Of a stretch of DNA of 64,000 bases, positions 9,308 to 18,462 are shown one piece after another. The translations under genes were made by a program, and so were the position numbers. This DNA is from Actinomycetota bacterium (lineage in GTDB: Bacteria > Actinomycetota > CADDZG01 > JAHWKV01): assembly GCA_046262935.1 (NCBI GenBank), contig JBHELT010000074.1:13251-77250 (forward strand). The letters run 5' to 3'. Positions within the stretch are counted from its first letter, which is position 1, and each line of letters begins with the position of its first letter. The notes under the pieces are model-generated. The model saw only the letters and a list, made by a program, of their open reading frames with translations. It did not search any database and was not told the origin of the DNA.

Positions 9308-10270
9308 TTATCCCTTCAGCAGCGGTGCCAGAACGGTCCCCACCTTTGCCGCGGTGATGGGACCCTCGAAACGCTTTGCGATCGAACCTTTGGCATCGAT
9401 CACGAAGAGCCAGGGATCTGATGGCAGGCTCCACTCGGCGAATGTCGGCGAGACCTTCTGCGTTTGAACCGTTTCGGGTTTGTCATCGACGTAAACCTCG
9501 GCGTGAATGAAGTTGGCCGCATCGCCAACGTCTTGCCTCAACTTCAACAGTTCGTCCACGTTGGGACCACAAGTTCTCGATGAACAAAATCGCGGAGTAG
9601 CGATTATGAACACTGTCGGCTTGCCCGATGCGATCGCATCTTTCAACGTGATCTCATGCATGCCACATCCAGGCGTTCGTGTACAGATGGGCTCTACACC
9701 TCGATGATCGCCAACCGTTGGCGTTAGAGTCGGCAATGCCTGCTCGCCCGCGATCTTTGTTGATGTCTTGCTCTTTTCCTTCACCTTGAAAGTAGTGCTC
9801 CCGATGAGTTTCGACTTTTCGGTTTCAACGAGCATCGTCCATGTGCCGGGCGTGGGAAAGGTTAGGTCGAGTGCGTTCATGCCTTGCGGGGCAGGGGCGG
9901 CTTCCGGTTTCGAGAATGGGGACCATGGAGCATCGAAGGGCCCGAGGGGAGCAACCTTGTCGTCGGGATTCGAAGTTGGGACCATCCAAACACGGGCATC
10001 GTCGCCAACGATCTCATCGCCGGAGCCTCGAACCAAACCGATCGCGACATAGTTCGGCGGCCCTGAAACATAGTCTTCGCCACCAAGGAATACAGAAAGG
10101 CCCTTTTTGGATCCGGCGGCCACCCGCGCGTCGGCAAGGATCCTCAATGACTCTCCGTTGCCAACCAACTTCTTGGCACAAGCCGCGAGGAATCCAGGCA
10201 TCGCCATTGCGATCCCCAAAAGCGCAGAGCCTCTCAGGAACCTCCTGCGATCCATCTCGTTCATTGGCAA
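9308..10270 (-). CDS. Tat-signal lipoprotein with putative thioredoxin-fold C-terminal domain (unusual C-x4-C motif)
   Basis: Twin-arginine motif RRRFLRGSALLG followed by lipobox LAAC; C-terminal FIIATPRFCSSRTCGP resembles a redoxin active-site region; located in a thiol-disulfide cluster. Confidence 0.45.
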   Translation of the reverse strand: MPMNEMDRRRFLRGSALLGIAMAMPGFLAACAKKLVGNGESLRILADARVAAGSKKGLSVFLGGEDYVSGPPNYVAIGLVRGSGDEIVGDDARVWMVPTSNPDDKVAPLGPFDAPWSPFSKPEAAPAPQGMNALDLTFPTPGTWTMLVETEKSKLIGSTTFKVKEKSKTSTKIAGEQALPTLTPTVGDHRGVEPICTRTPGCGMHEITLKDAIASGKPTVFIIATPRFCSSRTCGPNVDELLKLRQDVGDAANFIHAEVYVDDKPETVQTQKVSPTFAEWSLPSDPWLFVIDAKGSIAKRFEGPITAAKVGTVLAPLLKG

Positions 10271-10275
10271 ACCTC

Positions 10276-10851
10276 TCAGCCGATATCTAAGTACTGCTTC
10301 ATCATCTGTTTCAATGCAGCCTCGTCGACTTCGCCGAAGCGTCTGAAAGCGACCGTTCCATCTGATCGCACGAAGATAGTAGTTGGTGGAAGCACCCTTG
10401 CGATGAAGCGTAGGTAAAGAACGCCATCCTCGTCGTAGACCAATGGATATGTCACGTTCTTGCTTCTTGCGAATCGTTTGGCGGCCTCACGCGTCTCGGC
10501 CTGAATCGAAAGCAGATCGACTCCAACGAACGCCACCTTGTCTCGATACTGCGTTGCTATCTTCTGCAGAACAGGCATCTCTTTCACGCAATAGGTACAC
10601 CAGCTTGCCCAGAAGTTCAGAACCATGGGCTTGGAGCCTCGCAAACGCCCGAGGGTCGTAACCTCACCTTGAAAGGTTTCAAGGTGACAGCCATCCGGCA
10701 ATCTCGACCCAGGTATCAGTTCTTGAGTTGCGGGGCCGCAGCCCATCCCTGCGGCCGACTTGGTCGGCTGATCGGTCCGGCTCGTTCTGACGATCAAGAT
10801 GATGGCGATAGCCACGAGCACGGCTGCGATAGCGGTCGCCAGCGGCTTCAT
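10276..10851 (-). CDS. TlpA/ResA-family thiol-disulfide oxidoreductase (thioredoxin-like, membrane-anchored)
   Basis: WASWCTYCVKEMP (WCxxC) active site; N-terminal TM anchor. Start trimmed to MKPL to avoid a 64-nt overlap with ccdA. Confidence 0.75.
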   Translation of the reverse strand: MKPLATAIAAVLVAIAIILIVRTSRTDQPTKSAAGMGCGPATQELIPGSRLPDGCHLETFQGEVTTLGRLRGSKPMVLNFWASWCTYCVKEMPVLQKIATQYRDKVAFVGVDLLSIQAETREAAKRFARSKNVTYPLVYDEDGVLYLRFIARVLPPTTIFVRSDGTVAFRRFGEVDEAALKQMMKQYLDIG

Positions 10852-10865
10852 CGTGCGAACGCCGG

Positions 10866-11573
10866 TCATACCGGTGGCCAGTTGTGCGACACGAAGAACC
10901 GCACGATCGGGTTGAACAATCGCTGCCAATCACCGCTCACCAAAAGGATCCCCATGACTATCAGCAAGGCCCCACCTGCTCGTTCGATCCCCAAGCTGTG
11001 GCTTTTGAGGAATGAACCAGTCTTGCCCGAGCGCGCATATGCATAGGCGATGGCGAGGAACGGTATCCCCATGCCTAGCGAATAAACGAACAGTAGCGCC
11101 GCTCCTTTCCATGCGGTCGTCGTCGTCGCGGCGACCGAGAAGATGCCACCGAGGACGGGTCCGATGCACGGCGTCCAACCGAAGGCAAATGCCATTCCAA
11201 GTGGGAACGCTCCAACCGGGCCCGAACGCATCTTCGACATATCGAACCTTGCTTCACGGTAGAGGAATGGAAGCCTGAAAAGACCAACCATCGACATGCC
11301 CATGATGATCACGAATGCACCAGCGACCCTTAGGAAGATAGGCAGTTCCTTCAACAAGAAGCTCCCCAAGATCGAAGCGGTCGCCCCCAACGCCGTGAAG
11401 ACCGCCGCGAACCCAAGGATGAAAAGAAGCGATGCGCCAATAACTAGTCTCTTGCTCGACTCACCCGACCCGACCCCTGCGATGAACGAGACGTATCCCG
11501 GGATCAGAGGCAAACAGCAGGGCGTTAATATCGAGATGACCCCCGCAAGGAACGCTAAGAGCGCGAGTCCCAT
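10866..11573 (-). CDS. ccdA: cytochrome c-type biogenesis protein CcdA (DsbD β-domain family)
   Basis: ILTPCCLPLIPGYVSFIAG signature with the two conserved cysteines; 6 TM helices. Start trimmed to MGLALLAF, abutting the upstream gene stop at 11575. Confidence 0.8.
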   Translation of the reverse strand: MGLALLAFLAGVISILTPCCLPLIPGYVSFIAGVGSGESSKRLVIGASLLFILGFAAVFTALGATASILGSFLLKELPIFLRVAGAFVIIMGMSMVGLFRLPFLYREARFDMSKMRSGPVGAFPLGMAFAFGWTPCIGPVLGGIFSVAATTTTAWKGAALLFVYSLGMGIPFLAIAYAYARSGKTGSFLKSHSLGIERAGGALLIVMGILLVSGDWQRLFNPIVRFFVSHNWPPV

Positions 11574-11574
11574 G

Positions 11575-12213
11575 TCAGTTTGGCGCTGCCGCCAGCATCG
11601 ATTCGATCCTACTTCGAAGCACGGCCGGTTGGACCGGCCCAAAGATCGCGGTCCCCGCGTTCTGCCCTATCCGGCGGAACGATGCGATCGCGAAGAACTT
11701 ACCGTCCTTATCCACGAAGTATGTCTCGGGGTAACCGTGAACTCCGAATGCATGCACGAGTACCTCGTTGACATCGCGAACGACCGGATAGTCCATGCCG
11801 AATTCTCTGGCGAAAGCGAGAGCATCTTCAGTTGTGTCCTGGAAGTCGACTCCAAGAACGATCACGCCCTGGTCTTTGAATCTCTGCCACGCAGCCTCGA
11901 GTTGGGGGGCCTCATCGCGGCAAGTGATGCAGCGCGAACTCCAGAAGTTGAAGACGATGGGGTGCCCTTCAAGGTCTTTGTTGGAAAGGGTTCTTGACGG
12001 CTGACCGGGTTCAACGAGCACAGGAAGCCGAAAGGCCGGAACGGGTGTGCCAACGACCGCATGCGGTGCAGCCTTGACCAACACTCCAGCGGTCAGTATC
12101 GCGATGAAGATGACCGGCACCGCGACGAAGGCGAGCCTTCTCAAGTAGGAAGGTTTGGATGTGCTTTCGCTCCCTTGCAAGGGCGCTTCGGGGGTCTGCA
12201 ATGAAGAAGACAT
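11575..12213 (-). CDS. TlpA/ResA-family thiol-disulfide oxidoreductase (second paralog)
   Basis: FNFWSSRCITCRDEAPQLE (CxxC) thioredoxin motif; N-terminal TM anchor. Confidence 0.7.
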   Translation of the reverse strand: MSSSLQTPEAPLQGSESTSKPSYLRRLAFVAVPVIFIAILTAGVLVKAAPHAVVGTPVPAFRLPVLVEPGQPSRTLSNKDLEGHPIVFNFWSSRCITCRDEAPQLEAAWQRFKDQGVIVLGVDFQDTTEDALAFAREFGMDYPVVRDVNEVLVHAFGVHGYPETYFVDKDGKFFAIASFRRIGQNAGTAIFGPVQPAVLRSRIESMLAAAPN

Positions 12214-12499
12214 CGCCGCTCAGTGTAGCGTCGGCCGCGCCGGGGGCCCCAAACGCGCCAGGGGCCCCGGACGCGCCAGAGCCCCCAGAAAGGGGCCCTG
12301 ACACTTGTATCTCGAAACGTGCAGATGGGTTTAGCGATCTAGGATCGATAGGCCGGTGGACCACTTCGGCCCCCATCTAGCACGGTGTCCTGAGATGGAT
12401 TCCTTAGAGGTCAGGCACCTCGCGGGTCCAGTGGGTACTGTTATGCAAAACTGGATCACCTCCCTTCTCGCGTGCATCCAGTTTCGCATAGCCCGCAAG

Positions 12500-12580
12500 C
12501 ATTGCGGGGGTTCGGGGGTGTAGCAGCCACCGTTCGGTTAGGCCCCTCCCGCGCCAGAAGCCCCGATGAAACCCAGAATC
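12500..12580 (-). repeat. single copy (reverse orientation) of the dispersed ~79-bp hairpin repeat family
   Basis: gggggttcgggggtgtagcagccaccgt...cgcgccagaagc is the reverse complement of the units at 27.6 kb and 38.2 kb. Confidence 0.7.
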
Positions 12581-13326
12581 CGATGCCAGGCGTCGTCACA
12601 TTGCTCTTTGAACTGGGTGAACGATCGGTCGAAGAACGAGTGCGGGGCCCCCTCGTACACCTGGATCTCGTTAGGCAGGCCCTTTGCCTCCATGGCCTTT
12701 CGAAATGCATCGATCGTTTCCACGGGGATACTCGGGTCGGCCCCACCGAAGAGCCCAAGGACCTTGCAATCGTAGGTTTCGACCAGGTCGATCGGTGCGT
12801 TGGCGTCTTCTTCCGAAGCTGCTGCAACCCTTCCATAGAAGCCGATCACTCCGGCTAGGCCGTGGCCCCTTCCGGCTTGATTGAATGACGATCGACCGCC
12901 GAAGCAGAACCCCATCGTAAAGACATCGGTGCACCCAATCTCGTCCCTTAGATGGGCGACAGCAGCGGCAGTGTCGAGAGAAACTGTGTCTGGCTGGGTC
13001 TGCATGACATGCGGCATGAACTCGAATGAATCATCCCTAGTCCCAAGCCCCGCGGTCCTTCCGAAATAGTCGATGGCAACGGCATTCACTCCCGTATCGC
13101 CGAACCTCAAGGCGAGGTCTTCATAAAAGGCGTGCAGACCGCGAACATCGGGCAGGATCACAACCCCCTTGTTGGATGCCTGAACGGCTCTTGATTCGAA
13201 TGCCGAGAATCGGTTGCCATCCTTCGCCTCTAGCGTCAGCGCGCTTCCCTGCGCTGAAGCGCCACCTGAGATCGGTGGCAAAGGAGGGCGGGCATCGGTT
13301 TCATAGCACATATGATTTCCTTTCAA
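12538..13326 (-). CDS. dienelactone hydrolase family protein
   Basis: VVILPDVRGLHAFYEDLALRFGDTGVNAVAIDYFGR and nucleophile elbow TMGFCFGG. The C-terminal GAGGA tail overlaps the repeat element, so the true stop may be earlier. Confidence 0.7.
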   Translation of the reverse strand: MKGNHMCYETDARPPLPPISGGASAQGSALTLEAKDGNRFSAFESRAVQASNKGVVILPDVRGLHAFYEDLALRFGDTGVNAVAIDYFGRTAGLGTRDDSFEFMPHVMQTQPDTVSLDTAAAVAHLRDEIGCTDVFTMGFCFGGRSSFNQAGRGHGLAGVIGFYGRVAAASEEDANAPIDLVETYDCKVLGLFGGADPSIPVETIDAFRKAMEAKGLPNEIQVYEGAPHSFFDRSFTQFKEQCDDAWHRILGFIGASGAGGA

Positions 13327-13348
13327 CTAAAACCCAAAGACTGACAGG

Positions 13349-14107
13349 ATGCCAATCGTGGACCCATCAATAACGATGTCGCAAACAACCGCGGCCGAAA
13401 CAAGAGACCTTGTGAAGATCTACGGTGAGGGCGAAACGGTAGTCACGGCTCTCGATGGCATCAACCTAACATTTGAATCGGGACGATTCACAGCCATCAT
13501 GGGCCCATCTGGCTCTGGCAAGTCCACGCTTTTGCATTGCCTGGCGGGACTCGACAAACCGACTTCGGGCAAGGTCTTCATTGGGGCAACCGACCTTTCG
13601 GCACTGAATGACAAGAAACTCACCCAGCTCAGAAGGCAAAAGGTGGGATTCATCTTTCAAACGTTCAATCTGGTGCCAACTTTGACTGCCCAGGAGAACA
13701 TCAACCTGCCGCCATCGCTCGCCGGCAACAAGCCCGACAAGGCCTGGATCGACAACGTCGTTGGAATCTTGGGCCTGTCAGACCGACTCGATCACCTGCC
13801 TTCGGAGCTATCAGGCGGACAGCAACAACGCGTTGCCGCAGCAAGAGCCCTGGGGAGTCGTCCCGACATCGTTTTCGCCGATGAACCAACCGGCAACCTC
13901 GACTCGAAGTCTGGCGCCGAACTTCTGACCTTTCTGCGAAACGCCGTGAAGGAGTTCGGTCAAACCATGATCATGGTCACCCACGATCCAGTGGCAGCTA
14001 GCAACGCCGACCGGGTGATCTTCCTCGCCGATGGCCACGCGGTTGGTGAGGTACAAGACCCAACGACCGAGACCGTGATCGATGCGTTGAAGCGATTGGG
14101 GGCCTGA
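13349..14107 (+). CDS. ABC transporter ATP-binding protein (MacB/LolD/FtsE-like)
   Basis: Walker A GPSGSGKST, signature LSGGQQQRVAAARAL, Walker B IVFADEPTGNLD. Confidence 0.9.
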   Translation: MPIVDPSITMSQTTAAETRDLVKIYGEGETVVTALDGINLTFESGRFTAIMGPSGSGKSTLLHCLAGLDKPTSGKVFIGATDLSALNDKKLTQLRRQKVGFIFQTFNLVPTLTAQENINLPPSLAGNKPDKAWIDNVVGILGLSDRLDHLPSELSGGQQQRVAAARALGSRPDIVFADEPTGNLDSKSGAELLTFLRNAVKEFGQTMIMVTHDPVAASNADRVIFLADGHAVGEVQDPTTETVIDALKRLGA

Positions 14108-14108
14108 C

Positions 14109-16664
14109 GTGTGGCGGGCGACCATCAAGGGACTCATCGCCCACAAGGTGCGCCTTGGCCTAACCGCATTAGCTGTTGTGCTTGGCGTTGGTTTCGTTGC
14201 GGGTAGTTTCATCTTGACCGACACGATTGGAAGTTTGTTCGATCGATTGTTCAAAGATGTGGGTAAGGGTATCGACGTTGTGGTGCGGCCGAACGATCGG
14301 GCAACGGCGCAGAACGATCAGCGTGAACGACAAGCAGGTTTCGGCAGGACGCTTCTGCCACAGACGGTGCTCAACACCGTTCGATCGGTCCCCGGGGTGC
14401 GCGAAGCCGAGGGTTCGGTTGCGGGCTTCGTGAGCATCTCCGACAAGAAGGGCAAACCAATAATCTCAGATGGCCCTCCCAACATCGGCCTGTCTTGGGC
14501 CATATCGTCAACGCTTTCACCATTGAAACTGCGCAGCGGACGACGGCCCGCCAAAGACGGCGAGGTCGCAATCGACGCGTTGACGGCCAAGAAGTTCGGC
14601 TACAAGCCGGGCGACAAAGTTAAGCTCGTGGCTTCGGGGCCTGCCGAGGAATTCATCATCACCGGCATCGCAGGATTCGGAGCGGCCGACAACATCGGTG
14701 GCGCGACCTTGGCAGCATTCGATCTGGCAACTGCACAACGACTGTTGGGGGCCGGCGACAAGTTCGACTCGATCGGTGTTGTTGGGGCCCCTGACCAATC
14801 GGCCAGCATTCTGCGCCAGAAGATCTCGGCGAAGTTGCCTCAGGGAGTCGAGGCCCTGACGCAGTCGAGCATCGCTCAAGAGAACGCTAAACGCGTGAAG
14901 CAGGGCATCAAGTTTTTCACGACGGTTCTGCTCGTCTTTGCCTCCATCTCGCTGTTCGTCGGAGCGTTCATCATCTTCAATACCTTCTCGATCATCGTTG
15001 CCCAAAGGTCCAAGGAGATCGCCCTTCTGCGGGCACTCGGCGCGAGCCGCGGGCAGGTGATCCGCTCGGTAGTTGGCGAATCAGCCGTAGTGGGAATCAT
15101 CTCGTCGGGCATAGGGCTCGCCTTCGGCGTCGGGATCGCGATCACGATCAAAGCCGTGATGAAAGCATTCGGCATCGATATCCCCTCGTCGGGCACCGTG
15201 TTCAAGCCGCGGACCGCCGAGGTAGCGATGGGTCTGGGCGTCGGTATCACTTTGATCTCTTCCTTTCCCCCGGCCCTCAGGGCATCGCGCACGGCCCCGG
15301 TCGAAGCGATGAAAGGCGTGGCAGAGCGCGCACTCAAACCCATCAAGGTCCGCGCTATCGTTGGCGCCATCATCGCCACTTTGGGCGCACTCGTCCTTTC
15401 TCTTGGTCTATTCGTTCACGGGCCGAAACCGGTGCCCAAGGTGGGAACCGGCGCCGCGCTGATGTTCTTTGGCATAGCGGTCATGAGCCCACTGCTGGTT
15501 AGGCCACTGGCCAGAACGATCGGGGCCCCCATCGCGAAGGGTTTCGGGATGCCAGGGAAATTGTCGCGACAAAACTCGATGCGTGACCGTCGTCGCACCG
15601 CATCAACAGCCTCGGCCCTGATGATCGGAGTGAGTTTGGTCACTCTAGTGACCATCCTCGCCGCATCCACCAAACTGTCATTCAACAAAGTGATCGGTGA
15701 TTTCTTCAAAGCCGACTACATCGTCAGTCAACAGGGTCGATCGACCGGATTCAGCTCCGAGGTCGCCGACAGATTGAAGCGTCTCTCATCGGTTTCGGTT
15801 GTGAATGAAGTTCGCACTGGCGCATTTCGCATCGATGGCAAGGACCAAACGTTGGCCTCCTTCGACGCGACAACGGTTAGCAAGGTAGTTGACCTCGACA
15901 TCGCGTCGGGCTCTATCGACTCGATCAAAGGCCCGGCCGTCTTGGTGCACAAAGACCAGGCCAGCAAACGCAAACTACATCTAGGCGACCGCCTGAAGAT
16001 GCAGTTCGCTGGGTTTGGCGACAAAGAGCTAACGGTTGGCGCGATATTCAGATCAGACTTCGCACCGGCGCAGTTCGTCGTGTCAACAGACAACTACCGT
16101 AAGAGTTTCGACAACTCCAACGACTTCGCGGTTCTGGTCAAAACGAAAGCAGGTACATCTCACGCGACCTCTAAGAACCAAGTGGACAAAGCTCTGGCCG
16201 ACTTCCCACAGATCCAAGTGCAAGACGAAGCTCAGTTCTTCGAGCAGGGAGCCAAACAACTCGACCAATTGCTTGGTCTTGTAAGGGCGTTGCTCGCGCT
16301 GTCGATAGTCATCGCCCTGATCGGGATCACCAACACCCTCGCCTTAAGCGTCTTCGAACGCACCAGAGAATTGGGGCTGCTTAGGGCAGTAGGGATGACC
16401 CGCAGACAAGTCAGGGCCATGATCCGGGGGGAATCGGTCATCATCGCCTTGATAGGTACAGCATTGGGGCTAGCACTCGGGTCATTCTTCGGCTGGGCCA
16501 TCGTAAAGGCACTGGCATCGCAGGGGATCCGGGAATTCGTCTTTCCCGCAACCCAATTGCTTGTCGTGGCATTGTTCGCAGGGCTAGCAGGGGTATTAGC
16601 GGCTGTGTTCCCGGCCCGAAGAGCCGCCAGATTAGACGTACTAACAGCCATCGCAACCGAGTGA
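14109..16664 (+). CDS. ABC transporter permease, FtsX/MacB-type with two FtsX domains (851 aa)
   Basis: N-terminal TM helix followed by a large periplasmic domain, twice; conserved FtsX-C segments; adjacent to the ABC ATPase with a 1-nt gap. Confidence 0.85.
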   Translation: MWRATIKGLIAHKVRLGLTALAVVLGVGFVAGSFILTDTIGSLFDRLFKDVGKGIDVVVRPNDRATAQNDQRERQAGFGRTLLPQTVLNTVRSVPGVREAEGSVAGFVSISDKKGKPIISDGPPNIGLSWAISSTLSPLKLRSGRRPAKDGEVAIDALTAKKFGYKPGDKVKLVASGPAEEFIITGIAGFGAADNIGGATLAAFDLATAQRLLGAGDKFDSIGVVGAPDQSASILRQKISAKLPQGVEALTQSSIAQENAKRVKQGIKFFTTVLLVFASISLFVGAFIIFNTFSIIVAQRSKEIALLRALGASRGQVIRSVVGESAVVGIISSGIGLAFGVGIAITIKAVMKAFGIDIPSSGTVFKPRTAEVAMGLGVGITLISSFPPALRASRTAPVEAMKGVAERALKPIKVRAIVGAIIATLGALVLSLGLFVHGPKPVPKVGTGAALMFFGIAVMSPLLVRPLARTIGAPIAKGFGMPGKLSRQNSMRDRRRTASTASALMIGVSLVTLVTILAASTKLSFNKVIGDFFKADYIVSQQGRSTGFSSEVADRLKRLSSVSVVNEVRTGAFRIDGKDQTLASFDATTVSKVVDLDIASGSIDSIKGPAVLVHKDQASKRKLHLGDRLKMQFAGFGDKELTVGAIFRSDFAPAQFVVSTDNYRKSFDNSNDFAVLVKTKAGTSHATSKNQVDKALADFPQIQVQDEAQFFEQGAKQLDQLLGLVRALLALSIVIALIGITNTLALSVFERTRELGLLRAVGMTRRQVRAMIRGESVIIALIGTALGLALGSFFGWAIVKALASQGIREFVFPATQLLVVALFAGLAGVLAAVFPARRAARLDVLTAIATE

Positions 16665-16673
16665 GGAGAAGCA

Positions 16674-17063
16674 ATGGATCAAGAACTCAAGGCGATAGCG
16701 AGCGAAGGCACGAACTTCGCGGCACTTACAACCAGGTTCACCGATGGCTCGATGCAATGCCAAGTCATGTGGGTCGACGCCGATGAGGAACACATCTTGA
16801 TCAACACCGAGGTCCATCGTGCGAAGTTCCGTAACGTCGAGAACGACCCGGTGGTGACTGTCCTGATATGGGAATTGACCGATCCATACAGATATATCGA
16901 GGTTCGCGGAAAGGTTGCCGAGACGGTGCGGGGACCATCGGCTAGAGCACATATCGATCGATTGGCCCAGCGCTACACGGGCAGGAGCTTCGCCGATGAA
17001 TCCATCACTTCTGAAAGGGTTCTGCTCAAGATCTCGCCAGAAAAGGTCATCCGTTACAGCTGA
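16674..17063 (+). CDS. PPOX-class (pyridoxamine 5'-phosphate oxidase-like) probable F420-dependent enzyme
   Basis: TNFAALTTRFTDGSMQCQVMWVD...DPYRYIEVRGKVAE is typical of the split-barrel PPOX class F420-dependent family; ~129 aa. Confidence 0.6.
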   Translation: MDQELKAIASEGTNFAALTTRFTDGSMQCQVMWVDADEEHILINTEVHRAKFRNVENDPVVTVLIWELTDPYRYIEVRGKVAETVRGPSARAHIDRLAQRYTGRSFADESITSERVLLKISPEKVIRYS

Positions 17064-18301
17064 TGGGGCTAACCAATCCCATTTCGTACCTATCAGATAT
17101 CGCCTGCAGGTATCGCTATGTGATCGTTGGCATCTTCTCCGCTGGGGTCGCCATCTTCGATTCGTTCGATAAGGCATCGCTGCAAGACCCATTCATCTTT
17201 GCGGCGGCCGGTTTGCGCCTGTTCTCGCATTCTTGGTTGAACGTATTCGGTGACTCACAGATCCAGGTTGGTCCGTTGCAATTGATCTATTCGGGGATCA
17301 TCGCAGCCATCTCGAAAACAACAGGTATTGGTCTTCGGCTCCCGCTTTCACTCGTGACACAGGTGTTGTTCGCCATCGGAGCGATGCTTGTCACCCGCGC
17401 ACTCCTTCGCAGCGATGACAAACGATCGGCCGGAGCGGAATTCGCAACGGGATGCATTGTTGCCATCTTCAGCATCGGATATCGATCCTTCACTTCAGGT
17501 CAGCCTTCGGATGGCTTCATCGCCGCGATATGGGTCCTTTCCGCCATCGCTGCTCGCAAGGGTCATGGCTGGATAGCTGGCGCATTGATCGGCGCTTCGG
17601 TAGCGCTCAAGCCGTGGGGGGCTCTTGGGTTCCCGTTGCTCCTTCTGGCGCCCAACCTCAAGGATGTGATCGATGGCGCCCTTGTCATGACTGTGATCAG
17701 CGCAGTCGCATATCTGCCATTCATACTGTTCGGCGACTTCAAGATGTTCACCTTCCGATGGCTCTTTGAACCACACTCCCCGCTTCGGTACCTTTACGGA
17801 TCGAGCATCGGATTCACATGGCAAGATCGCATGATCCAGGGTGCGATCGTTTCGGTCGTCGGAGTCATCGCCACCTTGAAGGCTCGCCGCTCGGGGATCG
17901 CAGCGTGGGCAGCCCCACTGGCGATCGTAGCGACAAAAGTGACGTTGGATCCGGTGCGTTGGTATTGGTACTGGATCCCCATCCAGTTACTGTGCCTATG
18001 GGGGACCACGATGATCGCGACCCGGCGCCAAGAGATTCCGTGGGTACTTGCACCCATAGCGGCGATGGCCCTAGTGGTTGTCCTGCCAAGCGGAGGGCTG
18101 CTGCTTGGCCTCCTCGTCATCGCAGTCGTCATGGCTTTGTTGTTCACGCCGCTGACGGGGAGCTTGGGTGCCATCCATGCACAAGGGGCGCTTCGGGGTT
18201 CATACTCACAGGCAACCGTTAGGACTCCGGAGGTAGCGATGGCAAAGGGTCGCGACAAACCCAAGAAAGAGACCAAGAAACCAAAGAAAGACAAGAAATA
18301 G
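17063..18301 (+). CDS. polytopic integral membrane protein (possible GT-C/DUF2029-like glycosyltransferase) with Lys-rich C-terminal tail
   Basis: About 10–12 predicted TM helices; tail KGRDKPKKETKKPKKDKK; no definitive motif. Confidence 0.35.
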   Translation: MGLTNPISYLSDIACRYRYVIVGIFSAGVAIFDSFDKASLQDPFIFAAAGLRLFSHSWLNVFGDSQIQVGPLQLIYSGIIAAISKTTGIGLRLPLSLVTQVLFAIGAMLVTRALLRSDDKRSAGAEFATGCIVAIFSIGYRSFTSGQPSDGFIAAIWVLSAIAARKGHGWIAGALIGASVALKPWGALGFPLLLLAPNLKDVIDGALVMTVISAVAYLPFILFGDFKMFTFRWLFEPHSPLRYLYGSSIGFTWQDRMIQGAIVSVVGVIATLKARRSGIAAWAAPLAIVATKVTLDPVRWYWYWIPIQLLCLWGTTMIATRRQEIPWVLAPIAAMALVVVLPSGGLLLGLLVIAVVMALLFTPLTGSLGAIHAQGALRGSYSQATVRTPEVAMAKGRDKPKKETKKPKKDKK

Positions 18302-18462
18302 AACCCAAGCGCCGCACCATTTCCTTAGAAGGCAAGGTCGATATCGGGCTGACGCTGGGTCCACTGCGACGTGGCCGTTTCGATCCGACCATCAAGTGGG
18401 AAGGCGGCAGGGTTTGCCGGGCGACGCGTACCCCCGAAGGTCCGGCCGCAGAGCAGATATGG

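Noticed and set aside
12011-12380. Two overlapping ORFs encoding GAPGAFGAPGA low-complexity peptides
   Set aside because: Low-complexity sequence on both strands derived from simple GC-rich oligomer repeats; no start context or domain; treated as noncoding repeat decay.
14517-15005. 162-aa and several other minus-strand ORFs inside the FtsX permease gene (14109-16664)
   Set aside because: Antisense shadow ORFs typical of high-GC DNA; the plus-strand product has a clear, continuous FtsX/MacB architecture.
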